The notes beneath the pieces are model-generated. The model saw only the letters and a program-made list of their open reading frames with translations. It was not told the DNA's origin and did no database searches. From Acidobacteriota bacterium (lineage in GTDB: Bacteria > Acidobacteriota > JAAYUB01), in assembly GCA_012517875.1 (NCBI GenBank), contig JAAYUB010000095.1, positions 787-64,786 on the forward strand: a DNA stretch of 64,000 nucleotides, given 5' to 3'. The number at the start of each line of letters is the position of its first letter. The stretch's first letter is position 1. This document shows, one piece after another, positions 19,950-29,052 of the stretch. The position numbers were made by a program, and so were the translations under genes.

Positions 19950-22900
19950 ATGTTGAACCGGATCATCGATTTCAGCATCAGCCACCGCTGGCTGGTGCTG
20001 GTGCTCACCGGGCTGGGGGCCGCCTACGGCGTTTTCGCCCTGCTCCGCCTGCCTATCGACGCGGTGCCCGACATCAGCAGCCGGATCGTCCAGATCACCA
20101 CGGTGTACCCGGCACTGGGTCCCACCGAGATGGAAAAGCAGATCGCCTTCCCCCTGGAGACCGCCCTGTCGGGCATCCCCGGGCTGACGGCCACCCGGTC
20201 GCTCTCGCGCAACGGATTCTGTCAGGTGGAGGCGGTCTTCGGCGACGATGTCGACATCTACTTCGCCCGCCAGCAGGTGCTGGAGCGGCTGGCGGAAGCC
20301 CGCCGGCGGATCCCCGCCGAGGCCGAGCCCCGCCTCGGCCCAGTCACCACCGGCTTGGGGGAGATCTACGTCTACATCATCGAATATGACCGCTCCGCCA
20401 CGCCGACGGAATCCGGCGGACCGGCCGGCTCGGGCTGGCAGTCCGACGGCACATACCTGACTCCCGAGGGGGAGCGGCTGGCGGACGAGCGGGACCAGCT
20501 CGCCTATCTCCGCACCGTCCAGGAGTGGGTGGTGAGCCCGCAGCTGCGCACCGTGCCCGGCGTGGCGGGCGTGGACACCATCGGCGGCTTCGAGCGGCAG
20601 TTCCTGGTGCAGCCGGACCCGGCGCGCCTCGTCGCCTACGGCGTCACTCTCCCCGAGATCCTGGCCGCCCTCGAGCGGAACAATGCCAGCGTGGGCGCCG
20701 GCACCATCGACCAGGGGGGCGAGTCGTACGTTGTGCGCTCCGAGGGACGGGTCACCCGGCCGGAGGAGATCGGCCACATCGTCGTCGCCGCACGCGGCGG
20801 CACCCCGGTCCACCTGCACGACGTGGCCGCCATCGGGGCGGGCCGCGAGCTCCGTCTTGGTGCGGCCAGCGAGAACGGCGGCGAGGTCGTCGTGGGCACG
20901 GTGCTCATGCTGCTGGGCGCCAACCCCCGGACGGTCACCGAGGCGGTCACCGCCCGTGTGGCGGAGATCCGGGACAGCCTGCCGCCGGGCATCCGTCTGC
21001 GGGCGGTGCTGGTACGCACCGAGCTCGTGGACAAGACCATCACCACCGTGCGGGAGAACCTGTTCCTGGGCGCGGTGCTGGTGATCGCCGTGCTCCTTCT
21101 GCTGCTCGGCAACCTGCGTGCGGCCCTCCTCACCGCCATGGCCATTCCCATTTCCATGCTGTTCACCGCCATCGGTATGGAGCGCGCCGGGCTGAGCGCC
21201 AACCTCATGAGTTTGGGCGCCATCGATTTCGGCCTCATTGTGGACGGCGCCGTGATCATCGTGGAGAACTGCCTGCGCCGTCTCGGCGAGCGGCAGCGCA
21301 AACTGGGGCGGCCGCTGACAACGCCGGAGCGGCTGGCGGTGACGGGCGCCGCCTGCCGCGAGGTGCGCGCGGCCACCGCCTTCGGCGAGGCGATCATCAT
21401 TCTGGTCTACGTCCCCATTCTGGCCCTGGCCGGCGTCGAAGGAAAAATGTTCCACCCCATGGCCCTGACGGTGATCTTCGCCCTCACCGCGGCGTTCGTC
21501 CTGTCGCTCACCGCCGTGCCGGCCCTCGTGGCCCTGGTGGTGCGCGGTCCCGTGCGGGAAACGGAGAATCGTTTGATGGCCGTCCTCAAGCGCGCCTACG
21601 CGCCGCTGCTGGACCTGGCGGTGCGCGGACGCTGGGTCGTGGTGGGCGCCGCCGCGGTCGTGTTCGCCGCCGCGGGGCTGCTGTTTGCCTCGCTGGGGCA
21701 GGAGTTCGTCCCCCAGCTCGACGAGGGGAATCTGAGCCTCCAGTCCATCCGGGTCCCCAGCATCGCCCTGAATCAATCGATGGCGCTGCAGGCCCAGGTG
21801 GAACGGGCGGTCGCCCGCCTGCCCGAGGTGGAGCTCATGTACTCGAAGACGGGCACCGCCGAGGTGGCCTTCGATCCGATGCCGCCGAACTTCTCCGACG
21901 GCTACATCATCCTCAAGCCCCGCGCCGCCTGGCCGGACCCCGGCCTCTCGAAGGCCGGCCTGATCGCGAAGATTCAGGCGGCGGTGGAGCCCGTGCCGGG
22001 CAACCTGTACGAGTTCAGCCAGCCCATCGAGCTGCGCATGAGCGAGCTGGTGGCCGGCGTGCGCGGTGACCTGGCGGTGAAGGTGTTCGGGGACGACTTC
22101 GAGACGCTGGAGGAGATCGCCCGGCGGATCCTGCAGGTCGTCCAGTCCGTGCCCGGCGCCGCCGATGCCCGGATGTCGCAGCACGAGGGCTCCCCTACCC
22201 TGAACATCGCCGTGGACCGGGCGGCGGCCGCCCGGTACGGGTTGAACGTAGCCGACGTCCAGGATCTGGTGGCCACCGCCATCGGCGGCCGCGAGGCGGG
22301 CGAACTCTACCAGGGCGATCGGCGGTTCCCCATCGTGGTCCGGCTGCCCGAGGCGCTGCGCGCCGACGTGGCGGCCATCCGCCGGCTGCCGGTGCCCCTG
22401 CCATCCGGAGAGGGAGGCGGAGCGGGCGAGGCGGCGGCTCTCCGGGGTTCAGTTCCGCTGGAGGCGGTGGCCCGGATCGAAGCCGCCTCGGGTCCCGGCC
22501 AAGTGAACCGGGAGAACGGCAAACGCCGGACGACGGTCCAAGCCAACGTCCGCGGCCGCGACCTCGGATCGTTTGTGGCCGAGGTCCGCGACCGGGTCCA
22601 CCGCGAGGTGCGCCCGGCGCCCGGCACCTGGATCGAGTGGGGCGGGCAGTACCAGAATCTGCTGGCGGCGCGGGACCGCCTGCTCGTGGTGGTGCCGGCC
22701 TGCTTCCTGCTGATCTTCCTGATGCTCTTCGCCACGTTCGGGTCCGCGCGCGACGCGGCCATGGTCTTCACGGGCGTGCCGCTGGCGCTCACCGGCGGCG
22801 TGCTGGCTCTGTGGCTCCGGGGCATCCCGTTCTCCATCTCGGCGGCCGTGGGCTTTATCGCCCTGTCGGGCGTGGCGGTGCTCAACGGCCTGGTGATGGT

Positions 22901-23201
22901 GACCCACATCAACCAGCTGCGCCGGAAGGGGATGGATCTCGCGGCGGCGATCCGCGAGGGTGCGCTCGCGCGGCTGCGGCCGGTGCTCATGACCGCGCTT
23001 GTGGCCGCCCTGGGCTTCGTGCCCATGGCGGTGGCCACGGGAACCGGCGCCGAGGTCCAGCGGCCGCTGGCCACGGTGGTGATCGGCGGAATATTGTCGT
23101 CCACCGCACTCACCCTGCTCGTGCTGCCGGCGCTGTACCGGTTGTGGCACCGGGACACGAGGCTGGAGGCTCGTTCCCGGTCCAGTGGTTCGTGCTCGTA
23201 A
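19950..23201 (+). CDS. czcA: Heavy-metal efflux RND permease (CzcA/CusA family, HME-RND).
   Basis: It is a 1083-aa protein with 12 TM helices. It has the CzcA-family pattern including the DFGLIVDGAVIIVEN region and large periplasmic loops. The GGGAGAAG SD is upstream of ATG 19950. Confidence 0.9.
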   Translation: MLNRIIDFSISHRWLVLVLTGLGAAYGVFALLRLPIDAVPDISSRIVQITTVYPALGPTEMEKQIAFPLETALSGIPGLTATRSLSRNGFCQVEAVFGDDVDIYFARQQVLERLAEARRRIPAEAEPRLGPVTTGLGEIYVYIIEYDRSATPTESGGPAGSGWQSDGTYLTPEGERLADERDQLAYLRTVQEWVVSPQLRTVPGVAGVDTIGGFERQFLVQPDPARLVAYGVTLPEILAALERNNASVGAGTIDQGGESYVVRSEGRVTRPEEIGHIVVAARGGTPVHLHDVAAIGAGRELRLGAASENGGEVVVGTVLMLLGANPRTVTEAVTARVAEIRDSLPPGIRLRAVLVRTELVDKTITTVRENLFLGAVLVIAVLLLLLGNLRAALLTAMAIPISMLFTAIGMERAGLSANLMSLGAIDFGLIVDGAVIIVENCLRRLGERQRKLGRPLTTPERLAVTGAACREVRAATAFGEAIIILVYVPILALAGVEGKMFHPMALTVIFALTAAFVLSLTAVPALVALVVRGPVRETENRLMAVLKRAYAPLLDLAVRGRWVVVGAAAVVFAAAGLLFASLGQEFVPQLDEGNLSLQSIRVPSIALNQSMALQAQVERAVARLPEVELMYSKTGTAEVAFDPMPPNFSDGYIILKPRAAWPDPGLSKAGLIAKIQAAVEPVPGNLYEFSQPIELRMSELVAGVRGDLAVKVFGDDFETLEEIARRILQVVQSVPGAADARMSQHEGSPTLNIAVDRAAAARYGLNVADVQDLVATAIGGREAGELYQGDRRFPIVVRLPEALRADVAAIRRLPVPLPSGEGGGAGEAAALRGSVPLEAVARIEAASGPGQVNRENGKRRTTVQANVRGRDLGSFVAEVRDRVHREVRPAPGTWIEWGGQYQNLLAARDRLLVVVPACFLLIFLMLFATFGSARDAAMVFTGVPLALTGGVLALWLRGIPFSISAAVGFIALSGVAVLNGLVMVTHINQLRRKGMDLAAAIREGALARLRPVLMTALVAALGFVPMAVATGTGAEVQRPLATVVIGGILSSTALTLLVLPALYRLWHRDTRLEARSRSSGSCS

Positions 23202-23240
23202 TTCGTAATCGTCATCGTAATCTTGATCGTAATCGAGATT
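23197..23240. repeat. Four TCGTAAT(C/T) direct repeats on a 6/12/12-nt spacing, overlapping and following the czcA stop codon.
   Basis: The sequence is ctcgtaat TCGTAATCgtca TCGTAATCttga TCGTAATCgaga ttcg. There are three perfect 8-mers at 23203, 23215 and 23227, plus a degenerate copy spanning the TAA stop. Confidence 0.5.
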
Positions 23241-23744
23241 CGTTCCCGCCATACGGACATCGGACTTCGGACCGCCGTAGGCCGCGCCCGCCGGGCGCGG
23301 CCCGCTCTCCCGGCACGGTTGAGCGATTCGCCCATGGCGCCGACTCGCGTCACGGTGACGACCTATCGAAACCCGCCATCTCCTGCCGAGTTTCACGGCG
23401 CCCGTCCGGCGGACGGGCGCTACGGCGCAGCGACAGGAGCTACTTGACCGCGGCCGAACCCCGGGTTGTACACGGGGCTACCCGTACTGGACCTGCTGCG
23501 CAGGTCCTCCGTACGGCTGCGTAATTGAAGAGCGGGACCGGAGCACGAGTGGGACCGGCAATCCGTCACAGGATCCCAAACAGCCAATCACGATGAAACC
23601 AGGGTCAATAACCAGAAAATGAATACTGACGAATGGAAAACGACCAATTACAGATGAAACGAACCCTTTATGATCTTTGTGGCTTTGTGGTGAACACCCC
23701 CGTCCGGGACGTCTGACGGCCGGCCCCGAGCGCGGGCGGCATCC

Positions 23745-26114
23745 CTATTCGTTTTTCCGGCGCTTCACCAAGGTCACCCGGTTGCCGTCCACGGTATCGG
23801 GCTCGTAGCGGACCTCGTCCATCACCTCGCGGACGAGGAACAGGCCGATGCCCCCCACCGGCTGGTCCGGCGTGGCTTGGCCGTCGTACTTGCGGCTGGC
23901 CGCCTCGAAATCGAACGGTTGGCCGTAGTCGGCAATGACGATCCGCAGCACGTCGCCGGCGGTGCAGAGACGCAGCTCGAACGTCTCCGCGCTCGCCGGT
24001 CCGTAGGCGTGTTCGATCACGTTGGAGACCACCTCGTCCACGGCCAGGACGATCCGCTCTGCCTCGCTGCGGGTGAAGCCCGCCTCCCTGGCCACCGACT
24101 CGGTCATCATGGCCACCCGCTCCAGCACGCCGGTGCGGGCGGGGAGCGCCATCTGGATCACCTCCTCGGGCCGACCGGCCGGAACGGCGGCTGCGGTCGC
24201 CCCGTCCCGCCGGATGAGGGTCACCAGGGTGATGTCATCGGGCTGGGGCTGGTCGCCGGCGAACGCCGACACCGCCGCCACGACAGCGTCCGCCATCTCC
24301 CGGGCCGCCGCCGCCGGCGCGGCACCGACCGCGTCGCGGAGACGAGCCATGCCGTATTCTTCCTCCCGTGCGTTCTGGGCGTCGGTCACGCCGTCGGTGT
24401 ATATGACCAAGGCGTCGCCCGGCGTCAGTGCCAGCTCCATGACCTCGTAGTGCGCGCCCGGCATCACGCCCAGCGGGATCCCCGGGTTGGGCCGGATCTC
24501 CTCGGTCCGGCCGTCGGCGCGGCGGAGCACCGGCGGATTGTGCCCGGCGCTGACCAGCCGCGTCCGGCCGGTGTCCGGATGGTACTCGGCGAAGAGAAGG
24601 GTCACGAACAGGCCCGCCTCGTTGTCTTCGAACAGCAGATGGTTGGCCCGCCGCGCGATCTCCGCCGGCGAGTAGCCGCGCCCGGCCATGGCGCGCACGA
24701 GCAGCCGGGCCATGGCCATGAAGAAGGCCGCCGGGGCCCCCTTGCCGGACACATCGGCCACGACGATGCCCACCGCGCCGCCGGGAAGGCGGAGGAAGTC
24801 GAAGTAGTCGCCGCCCACCTCCCGGGCCGGCCGGTAGTAGCCGTACACGTCGAGGCGGTCCTGAAGCTCCGGGAACGGCGGAAACTGCCGGGGCAGGATG
24901 CTGCGCTGGATGTCGGCGGCGATCATCAGCTCCTGGCGGTACCGCTCCTTCTGGGCGGTGCTGGTCTTGACGTTCTCGATCTGGTCCAGGATGGCCTGGC
25001 CGAGGCGGTTGAAGGAGCCCGCCAGGCGGCGGATCTCCAGGGGGCCCTTGTCTTCGGCCAATCGCTCGGCATAGTTGCCCTGGGAGTAGCTGTCAGTCTG
25101 ACCGAGGAACCGGGCCAGCGGTTTGGTGACCGAGTCAGACACCGCCAGCAGCAGCACCACGATCAACCCTACGATGACGATGGCGATGGGGATCACAGTG
25201 TTTTTCAGCTGGATCAGGGGCTGCAGCAAGACGTCGCGCGGCGCGATGATGGCCAGGGTCCAGCCGATGGATTCGATCCGGGCGTCGATGACCAGCGACG
25301 GCTTGCGCGTGTACGGGTCGGTCATGTCCACGAAGTTGGGCGCCGGATCCTTCAGCAGCCGGGCCAGATCCTTGAGGTGCGGGTCGGGAGACCGCTCGGC
25401 GATGTCCCAGAAGCTCTCGTTGGACATCAGCTGGCCGGAGACCTGGCGGCTTCGGCCGATGAGTCGGCCCGCCTCCGTCACCATGAAAGCCTGGCCGCCG
25501 CGCCGCGCGGCGAACCGTTCCAGCCGATCCACCAGCTCGGCCAGGGCGATATCCACCGTGGCCACGCCCACCAGTTCGCCCTTGCGCCAAACGGGGTAGG
25601 CGTAGGTGGTCATTAGGATGTCGCCGCCGCCGGTGTCCAGGTACGGCTCGGTCCAGTGCCCCCGCCCGTCGGCCAGCGGCTGCCGGAACCAGTCCCAGAC
25701 CGTGTAGTCGTAGGCGGGATCGGCCAGTGACTGGAATTTCAGGTCGCCGCCGGGGGCGCGGCAGTAATAGGGGGCGTAGCGTCCCAGCGGCGTCTTGTCC
25801 GGAACGAAGGAGATTGTGCTGCCGTAGACGCCCGGATTCCGCGAGAACGTGCCTTGAAGCAGAAGGTCAACGGCCTCGGGGGTCAGCGTCTCCATGCTGC
25901 CCACCGAGGTGGCGATCCCTTCGGCCACCTGCCGGGACGATTCGAACAGGATATCGAACTCCCGCGCGTGGGCATGGGCCAGCTCGTACGATTCCCGGTT
26001 GATCTGGGTCAGGACGGTGTGCTCGCTCTGGCGGAAGCTCAGCAGCAGCAGGGCGCCGAACAGGACCAGGATGGCGGGGATCAGGACCAGCAGCAGGCGG
26101 GCCTTGATGCTCAT
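23745..26114 (-). CDS. Transmembrane sensor phosphatase/kinase fusion: Cache-like periplasmic domain, TM, HAMP, PP2C (SpoIIE/RsbU-type) phosphatase and a C-terminal RsbW-like HATPase_c serine kinase (HsbR-like partner-switching regulator).
   Basis: The TM helices are LLLVLIPAILVLFGALLLLSF and IPIAIVIVGLIVVLLLAVS, flanking a ~270-aa extracytoplasmic domain. The HAMP-like segment is PLARFLGQ...IRRLAGSFNRLGQAI. PP2C motifs are GGDYFDF, GIVVADVSGKGAPAAFFMAMAR, LVSAGHNPP, IYTDGVTDA and DDITLV. The C-terminal HATPase N/G boxes are VDEVVSNVIEHAY and GGIGLFLVREVMDEV. Confidence 0.85.
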   Translation of the reverse strand: MSIKARLLLVLIPAILVLFGALLLLSFRQSEHTVLTQINRESYELAHAHAREFDILFESSRQVAEGIATSVGSMETLTPEAVDLLLQGTFSRNPGVYGSTISFVPDKTPLGRYAPYYCRAPGGDLKFQSLADPAYDYTVWDWFRQPLADGRGHWTEPYLDTGGGDILMTTYAYPVWRKGELVGVATVDIALAELVDRLERFAARRGGQAFMVTEAGRLIGRSRQVSGQLMSNESFWDIAERSPDPHLKDLARLLKDPAPNFVDMTDPYTRKPSLVIDARIESIGWTLAIIAPRDVLLQPLIQLKNTVIPIAIVIVGLIVVLLLAVSDSVTKPLARFLGQTDSYSQGNYAERLAEDKGPLEIRRLAGSFNRLGQAILDQIENVKTSTAQKERYRQELMIAADIQRSILPRQFPPFPELQDRLDVYGYYRPAREVGGDYFDFLRLPGGAVGIVVADVSGKGAPAAFFMAMARLLVRAMAGRGYSPAEIARRANHLLFEDNEAGLFVTLLFAEYHPDTGRTRLVSAGHNPPVLRRADGRTEEIRPNPGIPLGVMPGAHYEVMELALTPGDALVIYTDGVTDAQNAREEEYGMARLRDAVGAAPAAAAREMADAVVAAVSAFAGDQPQPDDITLVTLIRRDGATAAAVPAGRPEEVIQMALPARTGVLERVAMMTESVAREAGFTRSEAERIVLAVDEVVSNVIEHAYGPASAETFELRLCTAGDVLRIVIADYGQPFDFEAASRKYDGQATPDQPVGGIGLFLVREVMDEVRYEPDTVDGNRVTLVKRRKNE

Positions 26115-26115
26115 G

Positions 26116-26442
26116 TCAGCTCAGTCCGGCGGTATTGGCGACGATGGTGAACATCTTCAGGAAGCCGGAGATCTCGAGGATCTCCAGAACCTGCGGCTGG
26201 GGCCGCGCCAGCACCACGCCACCGTCGAGCGGCCGGACGGCCTTGAGCGCGATGAGCAGCACACGCAGCCCGGCGCTGTTCATATACGGGACGTCGGACA
26301 GGTCCATGGCCAGCCACCGCGCGCCCCCCGCCAGTTCCTTCCGGACGGCGGCTTCGAAGTCGTCGACGGTATGGGCGTCTACGCGGCCCTGCGGCGCGAG
26401 GACTGTCCACTTGTCACCAACGCTGGAGACTTCCACCTGCAT
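26116..26442 (-). CDS. STAS-domain anti-sigma factor antagonist (SpoIIAA/RsbV/HsbA-like).
   Basis: It is a 108-aa protein, MQVEVSSVGDKWTVLAPQGRVD...LSDVPYMNSAGLRVLLIALKA..., with a conserved phosphorylatable Ser in the DVPYMNSAGL context. It has a GAGGTGG SD. The stop abuts the start of the sensor fusion at 26114. Confidence 0.85.
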   Translation of the reverse strand: MQVEVSSVGDKWTVLAPQGRVDAHTVDDFEAAVRKELAGGARWLAMDLSDVPYMNSAGLRVLLIALKAVRPLDGGVVLARPQPQVLEILEISGFLKMFTIVANTAGLS

Positions 26443-26513
26443 GGCCCCACCTCGGAATACCGGGATAGTCCAATCATAGGGATTTTGCCGCTGGAAGGCA
26501 AACTGAATCGGGA

Positions 26514-27518
26514 TCAGCCGGCCGCCAGGATCGCCTTCAGTTTGTCGGCGTACCGCCGGCTCTCGGCGTCGCCGGTGACGAACTCGACGGCCTCGGGCCG
26601 GCTCACGCCCAGGCCCAGTTCCACCGCCCGGGCGATCTGCTCCTGCCGGAAGACGGGCGTTCCCATGATCGCGTCGTTGGCGCCCACTTCGCGCAGCACC
26701 GCCAGTCCCACGGCGTCGACGGCCACCCGGTCGATGCCGGCCAAAATCACGCCGGCCTCGGCCTTCTTCCCTTCCATGGGACCACCGTCGACGAAGCACT
26801 CCACGCCGTCGAGCACGACGAGCTTCGGGGTGTAGGCCAGGTTGATCTCGGCGATCATGCGGCGCATGTGTTCGGTGTTGCCGTGGAGCTGCCGCATCAG
26901 GCTGCGCGGGGTTATGCCCACCGCCAGTTTCAGCGACATGGTGAACACGCCGCCGTACTGGTGGGTTTTGAGGCAGGGCGTGATCACGATGTATTCGGCC
27001 TCCCGGACCGGCCGCGGGATGGTGAAGCCGTTCTCCCAGTGCAGACCCGGCGCGCTGAACGGCAGCCAGTCGGTGTCGGGGAGCGCCCCGAAGTCGATCA
27101 CATCGAACCGCTCCTCTTTCGCCATCTCCGGGATGCCCTTCCGGGCGAGCACCTCGGGCATCTTGGCCGGGCCGCACCGGTCGCCCACGGCGATGGCGCC
27201 CGCGTCGCGGCGGCGCAGCTCCCGCACGATGGCGAGCAGGGTGTCGTTGTGGGTGGAGCCGGGGGCCGGGTCGGCGGTGTTGAAGTTCGGCTTGACGAGC
27301 ACCCGCCGACCATGTGGCGGCTCGAACTCGAGCAGCTTCATCACCTGCTCCACGCCCGCCCGGCGGTCGGTGGTCTTGCACAGGGCGACCCGGGCGGCAC
27401 GGGGGGCGTCAGCCCGGACCGTTCCCGTCAGCGAGCCGAGCAGCGGCCAGCCCGCCAGCCCCACCACGGTTCCTTTCATGAAATCCCGCCGATTGATCCC
27501 GTCCTTCGTCCACCGCAT
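26514..27518 (-). CDS. TAT-exported DUF362-domain protein.
   Basis: The twin-arginine motif is INRRDFMKGTVVGLAGWPLLGS. The rest matches the DUF362 pattern (family recalled, not searched). Confidence 0.7.
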   Translation of the reverse strand: MRWTKDGINRRDFMKGTVVGLAGWPLLGSLTGTVRADAPRAARVALCKTTDRRAGVEQVMKLLEFEPPHGRRVLVKPNFNTADPAPGSTHNDTLLAIVRELRRRDAGAIAVGDRCGPAKMPEVLARKGIPEMAKEERFDVIDFGALPDTDWLPFSAPGLHWENGFTIPRPVREAEYIVITPCLKTHQYGGVFTMSLKLAVGITPRSLMRQLHGNTEHMRRMIAEINLAYTPKLVVLDGVECFVDGGPMEGKKAEAGVILAGIDRVAVDAVGLAVLREVGANDAIMGTPVFRQEQIARAVELGLGVSRPEAVEFVTGDAESRRYADKLKAILAAG

Positions 27519-27696
27519 CCGGCACCTCCTCGGTCTGGGGTTTCACAGACCGCTCGGCCCATTGTATTCTCCGGCGCCCGCCCTGCGCAACCACCTCGGG
27601 ACAACACCGAGACGCCGGCCGCCGGTTGCCGGATTCAACCCATCGCCCCGGATTTCATGTACAATACCGCCTGAGCATGTCCCATCCACACTTCAG

Positions 27697-28539
27697 GAGG
27701 CGATCATGAAATTTGCCGCTGCCGCGCTGGCCGTCCTGCTGCTGGCCGCCATCGCGTCCGGCGACGGGGGAAGCCCCGCCGTCGCTATCACCAAACCCGG
27801 GATGTACACGTCCGGCAAATGGACCTACACGCTGGAGGTCCGCAAGGGCGGCTATCAGACCGAGAACCGCACGGGCACGCTGACTTACGACGGCAAGCGG
27901 CTGGACCTCGACCCGGAGATCAACGACCACGTCCGCACCCCGTGGGGAACGATGTACTGGGTGGGGAAGCGGCGGATCACCTGGGGGTCCAACGGCTGGA
28001 TGCCCCAACGCCACCCCAAGGAAAGGCGCAGCGGCAAGGAATTGCAGGTGCCGGGTCTGCCGCCGGACGAGTACGACCAGTTAAAGTCAAATGAGACGGC
28101 CGCGCCCGTGCCGTCGACGGCGACCCCCGCTTCAATCCCGCCGGCCGCGCCGCCGCAGCCCCTGCCGCCGGCCGCTCCGGCCCAACCCATGGTGCCGGGA
28201 ACGGATATTGTTCTTGGGCGCGAGGCCACCGGTCACTACATCGAGGCGGTGGTGGGGCAGACGATCACCGTCCGGCTGGCCGGCAATCCCACCACCGGCT
28301 TCGGATGGGCCGCCCTACCCCCCGACGACCCGGCGGTGGCGGCCATGGGCAACAGCGAGTACCAGCAGAACCCCGCGGACGCCGGCCGCGTGGGCGCCGG
28401 CGGAACCTACATTTTCCGCTTCCGCGCCGAACGTCCGGGCGCGGCTAAGCTCGTCATCCAGTACCGCCGCCCCTGGGAACCGGGGCCCACCGAGGTCTTC
28501 CACGTCCTGGTCCGGGTGGCCCGGCCGGCGCAGCCGTAG
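27697..28539 (+). CDS. Secreted protein with a C-terminal chagasin-family (MEROPS I42) cysteine-peptidase inhibitor domain.
   Basis: It has a signal peptide MKFAAAALAVLLLAAIA and a Pro-rich linker. The C-terminal domain has the I42 hallmark GNPTTGFGW plus YIFRFRA beta-strand motifs. The CAGGAGG SD is before ATG 27697. The six-frame ORF starts far upstream (26842) in Arg-rich sequence. Confidence 0.75.
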   Translation, partial: EAIMKFAAAALAVLLLAAIASGDGGSPAVAITKPGMYTSGKWTYTLEVRKGGYQTENRTGTLTYDGKRLDLDPEINDHVRTPWGTMYWVGKRRITWGSNGWMPQRHPKERRSGKELQVPGLPPDEYDQLKSNETAAPVPSTATPASIPPAAPPQPLPPAAPAQPMVPGTDIVLGREATGHYIEAVVGQTITVRLAGNPTTGFGWAALPPDDPAVAAMGNSEYQQNPADAGRVGAGGTYIFRFRAERPGAAKLVIQYRRPWEPGPTEVFHVLVRVARPAQP

Positions 28540-28593
28540 GGTGGTCGGCTGCATCCAATCCGTCCGTCGTACGGATGCCCGGTCCCCACGGAG

Positions 28594-29004
28594 GTGAACA
28601 TGTCTGCTGTCTGGTTGAAACGCTATGGCTTGGCCCTGACCGTTTTCCTGGTGCTGGATGCCGTCTGGCTGGGCGTCGTCGCCCGCACATTCTACCGGCA
28701 GCAGATCGGCTTTCTCCTGGCGGAGTCCCCGAACTGGTACGCCGCCGGGGTGTTCTACCTGCTGTTCATCGCCGGTCTGGTCCACTTCGTCGTGTCGCCG
28801 GCGGCGCGAGAAGGCGCGCCCGGACGCGGGACGCTTCGCGGCGCGTTCTTCGGGTTGGTCACGTACGCCACCTACGACCTGACCAATATGGCCACGGTGG
28901 CCCGCTGGCCGCTGGCGGTGACGCTGGTGGACCTGGCGTGGGGCGCCGCGGTGGCGGCAGCCACGGCGTACCTCTGCATCCGCCTCGGCCCCCGGGACGG
29001 ATAA
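28594..29004 (+). CDS. Small integral membrane protein (DUF2177-like, 4 TM).
   Basis: The hydrophobic helices are LALTVFLVLDAVWLGVV, YAAGVFYLLFIAGLVHFVV and LAVTLVDLAWGAAVAAATAYLCI. The YDLTNMATVARWP motif was recalled from DUF2177. Confidence 0.55.
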   Translation: MNMSAVWLKRYGLALTVFLVLDAVWLGVVARTFYRQQIGFLLAESPNWYAAGVFYLLFIAGLVHFVVSPAAREGAPGRGTLRGAFFGLVTYATYDLTNMATVARWPLAVTLVDLAWGAAVAAATAYLCIRLGPRDG

Positions 29005-29052
29005 CACTGTCCTGGCCCCTTTCCTGAAAAGCATGAACCGGCTGAATCCGTT

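Noticed and set aside
23197-23240. Possible CRISPR array (short direct repeats).
   Set aside because: The repeat unit is only 8 nt with 4-nt 'spacers'. This is far below the CRISPR repeat/spacer size range, and there are no cas genes.
22449-23396. 315-aa minus-strand ORF with a DYDQDYDDDYE repeat overlapping the czcA 3' end.
   Set aside because: It is antisense to czcA. The Asp/Tyr repeat is just the reverse-complement reading of the TCGTAATC array. The rest is Arg/Gly-rich.
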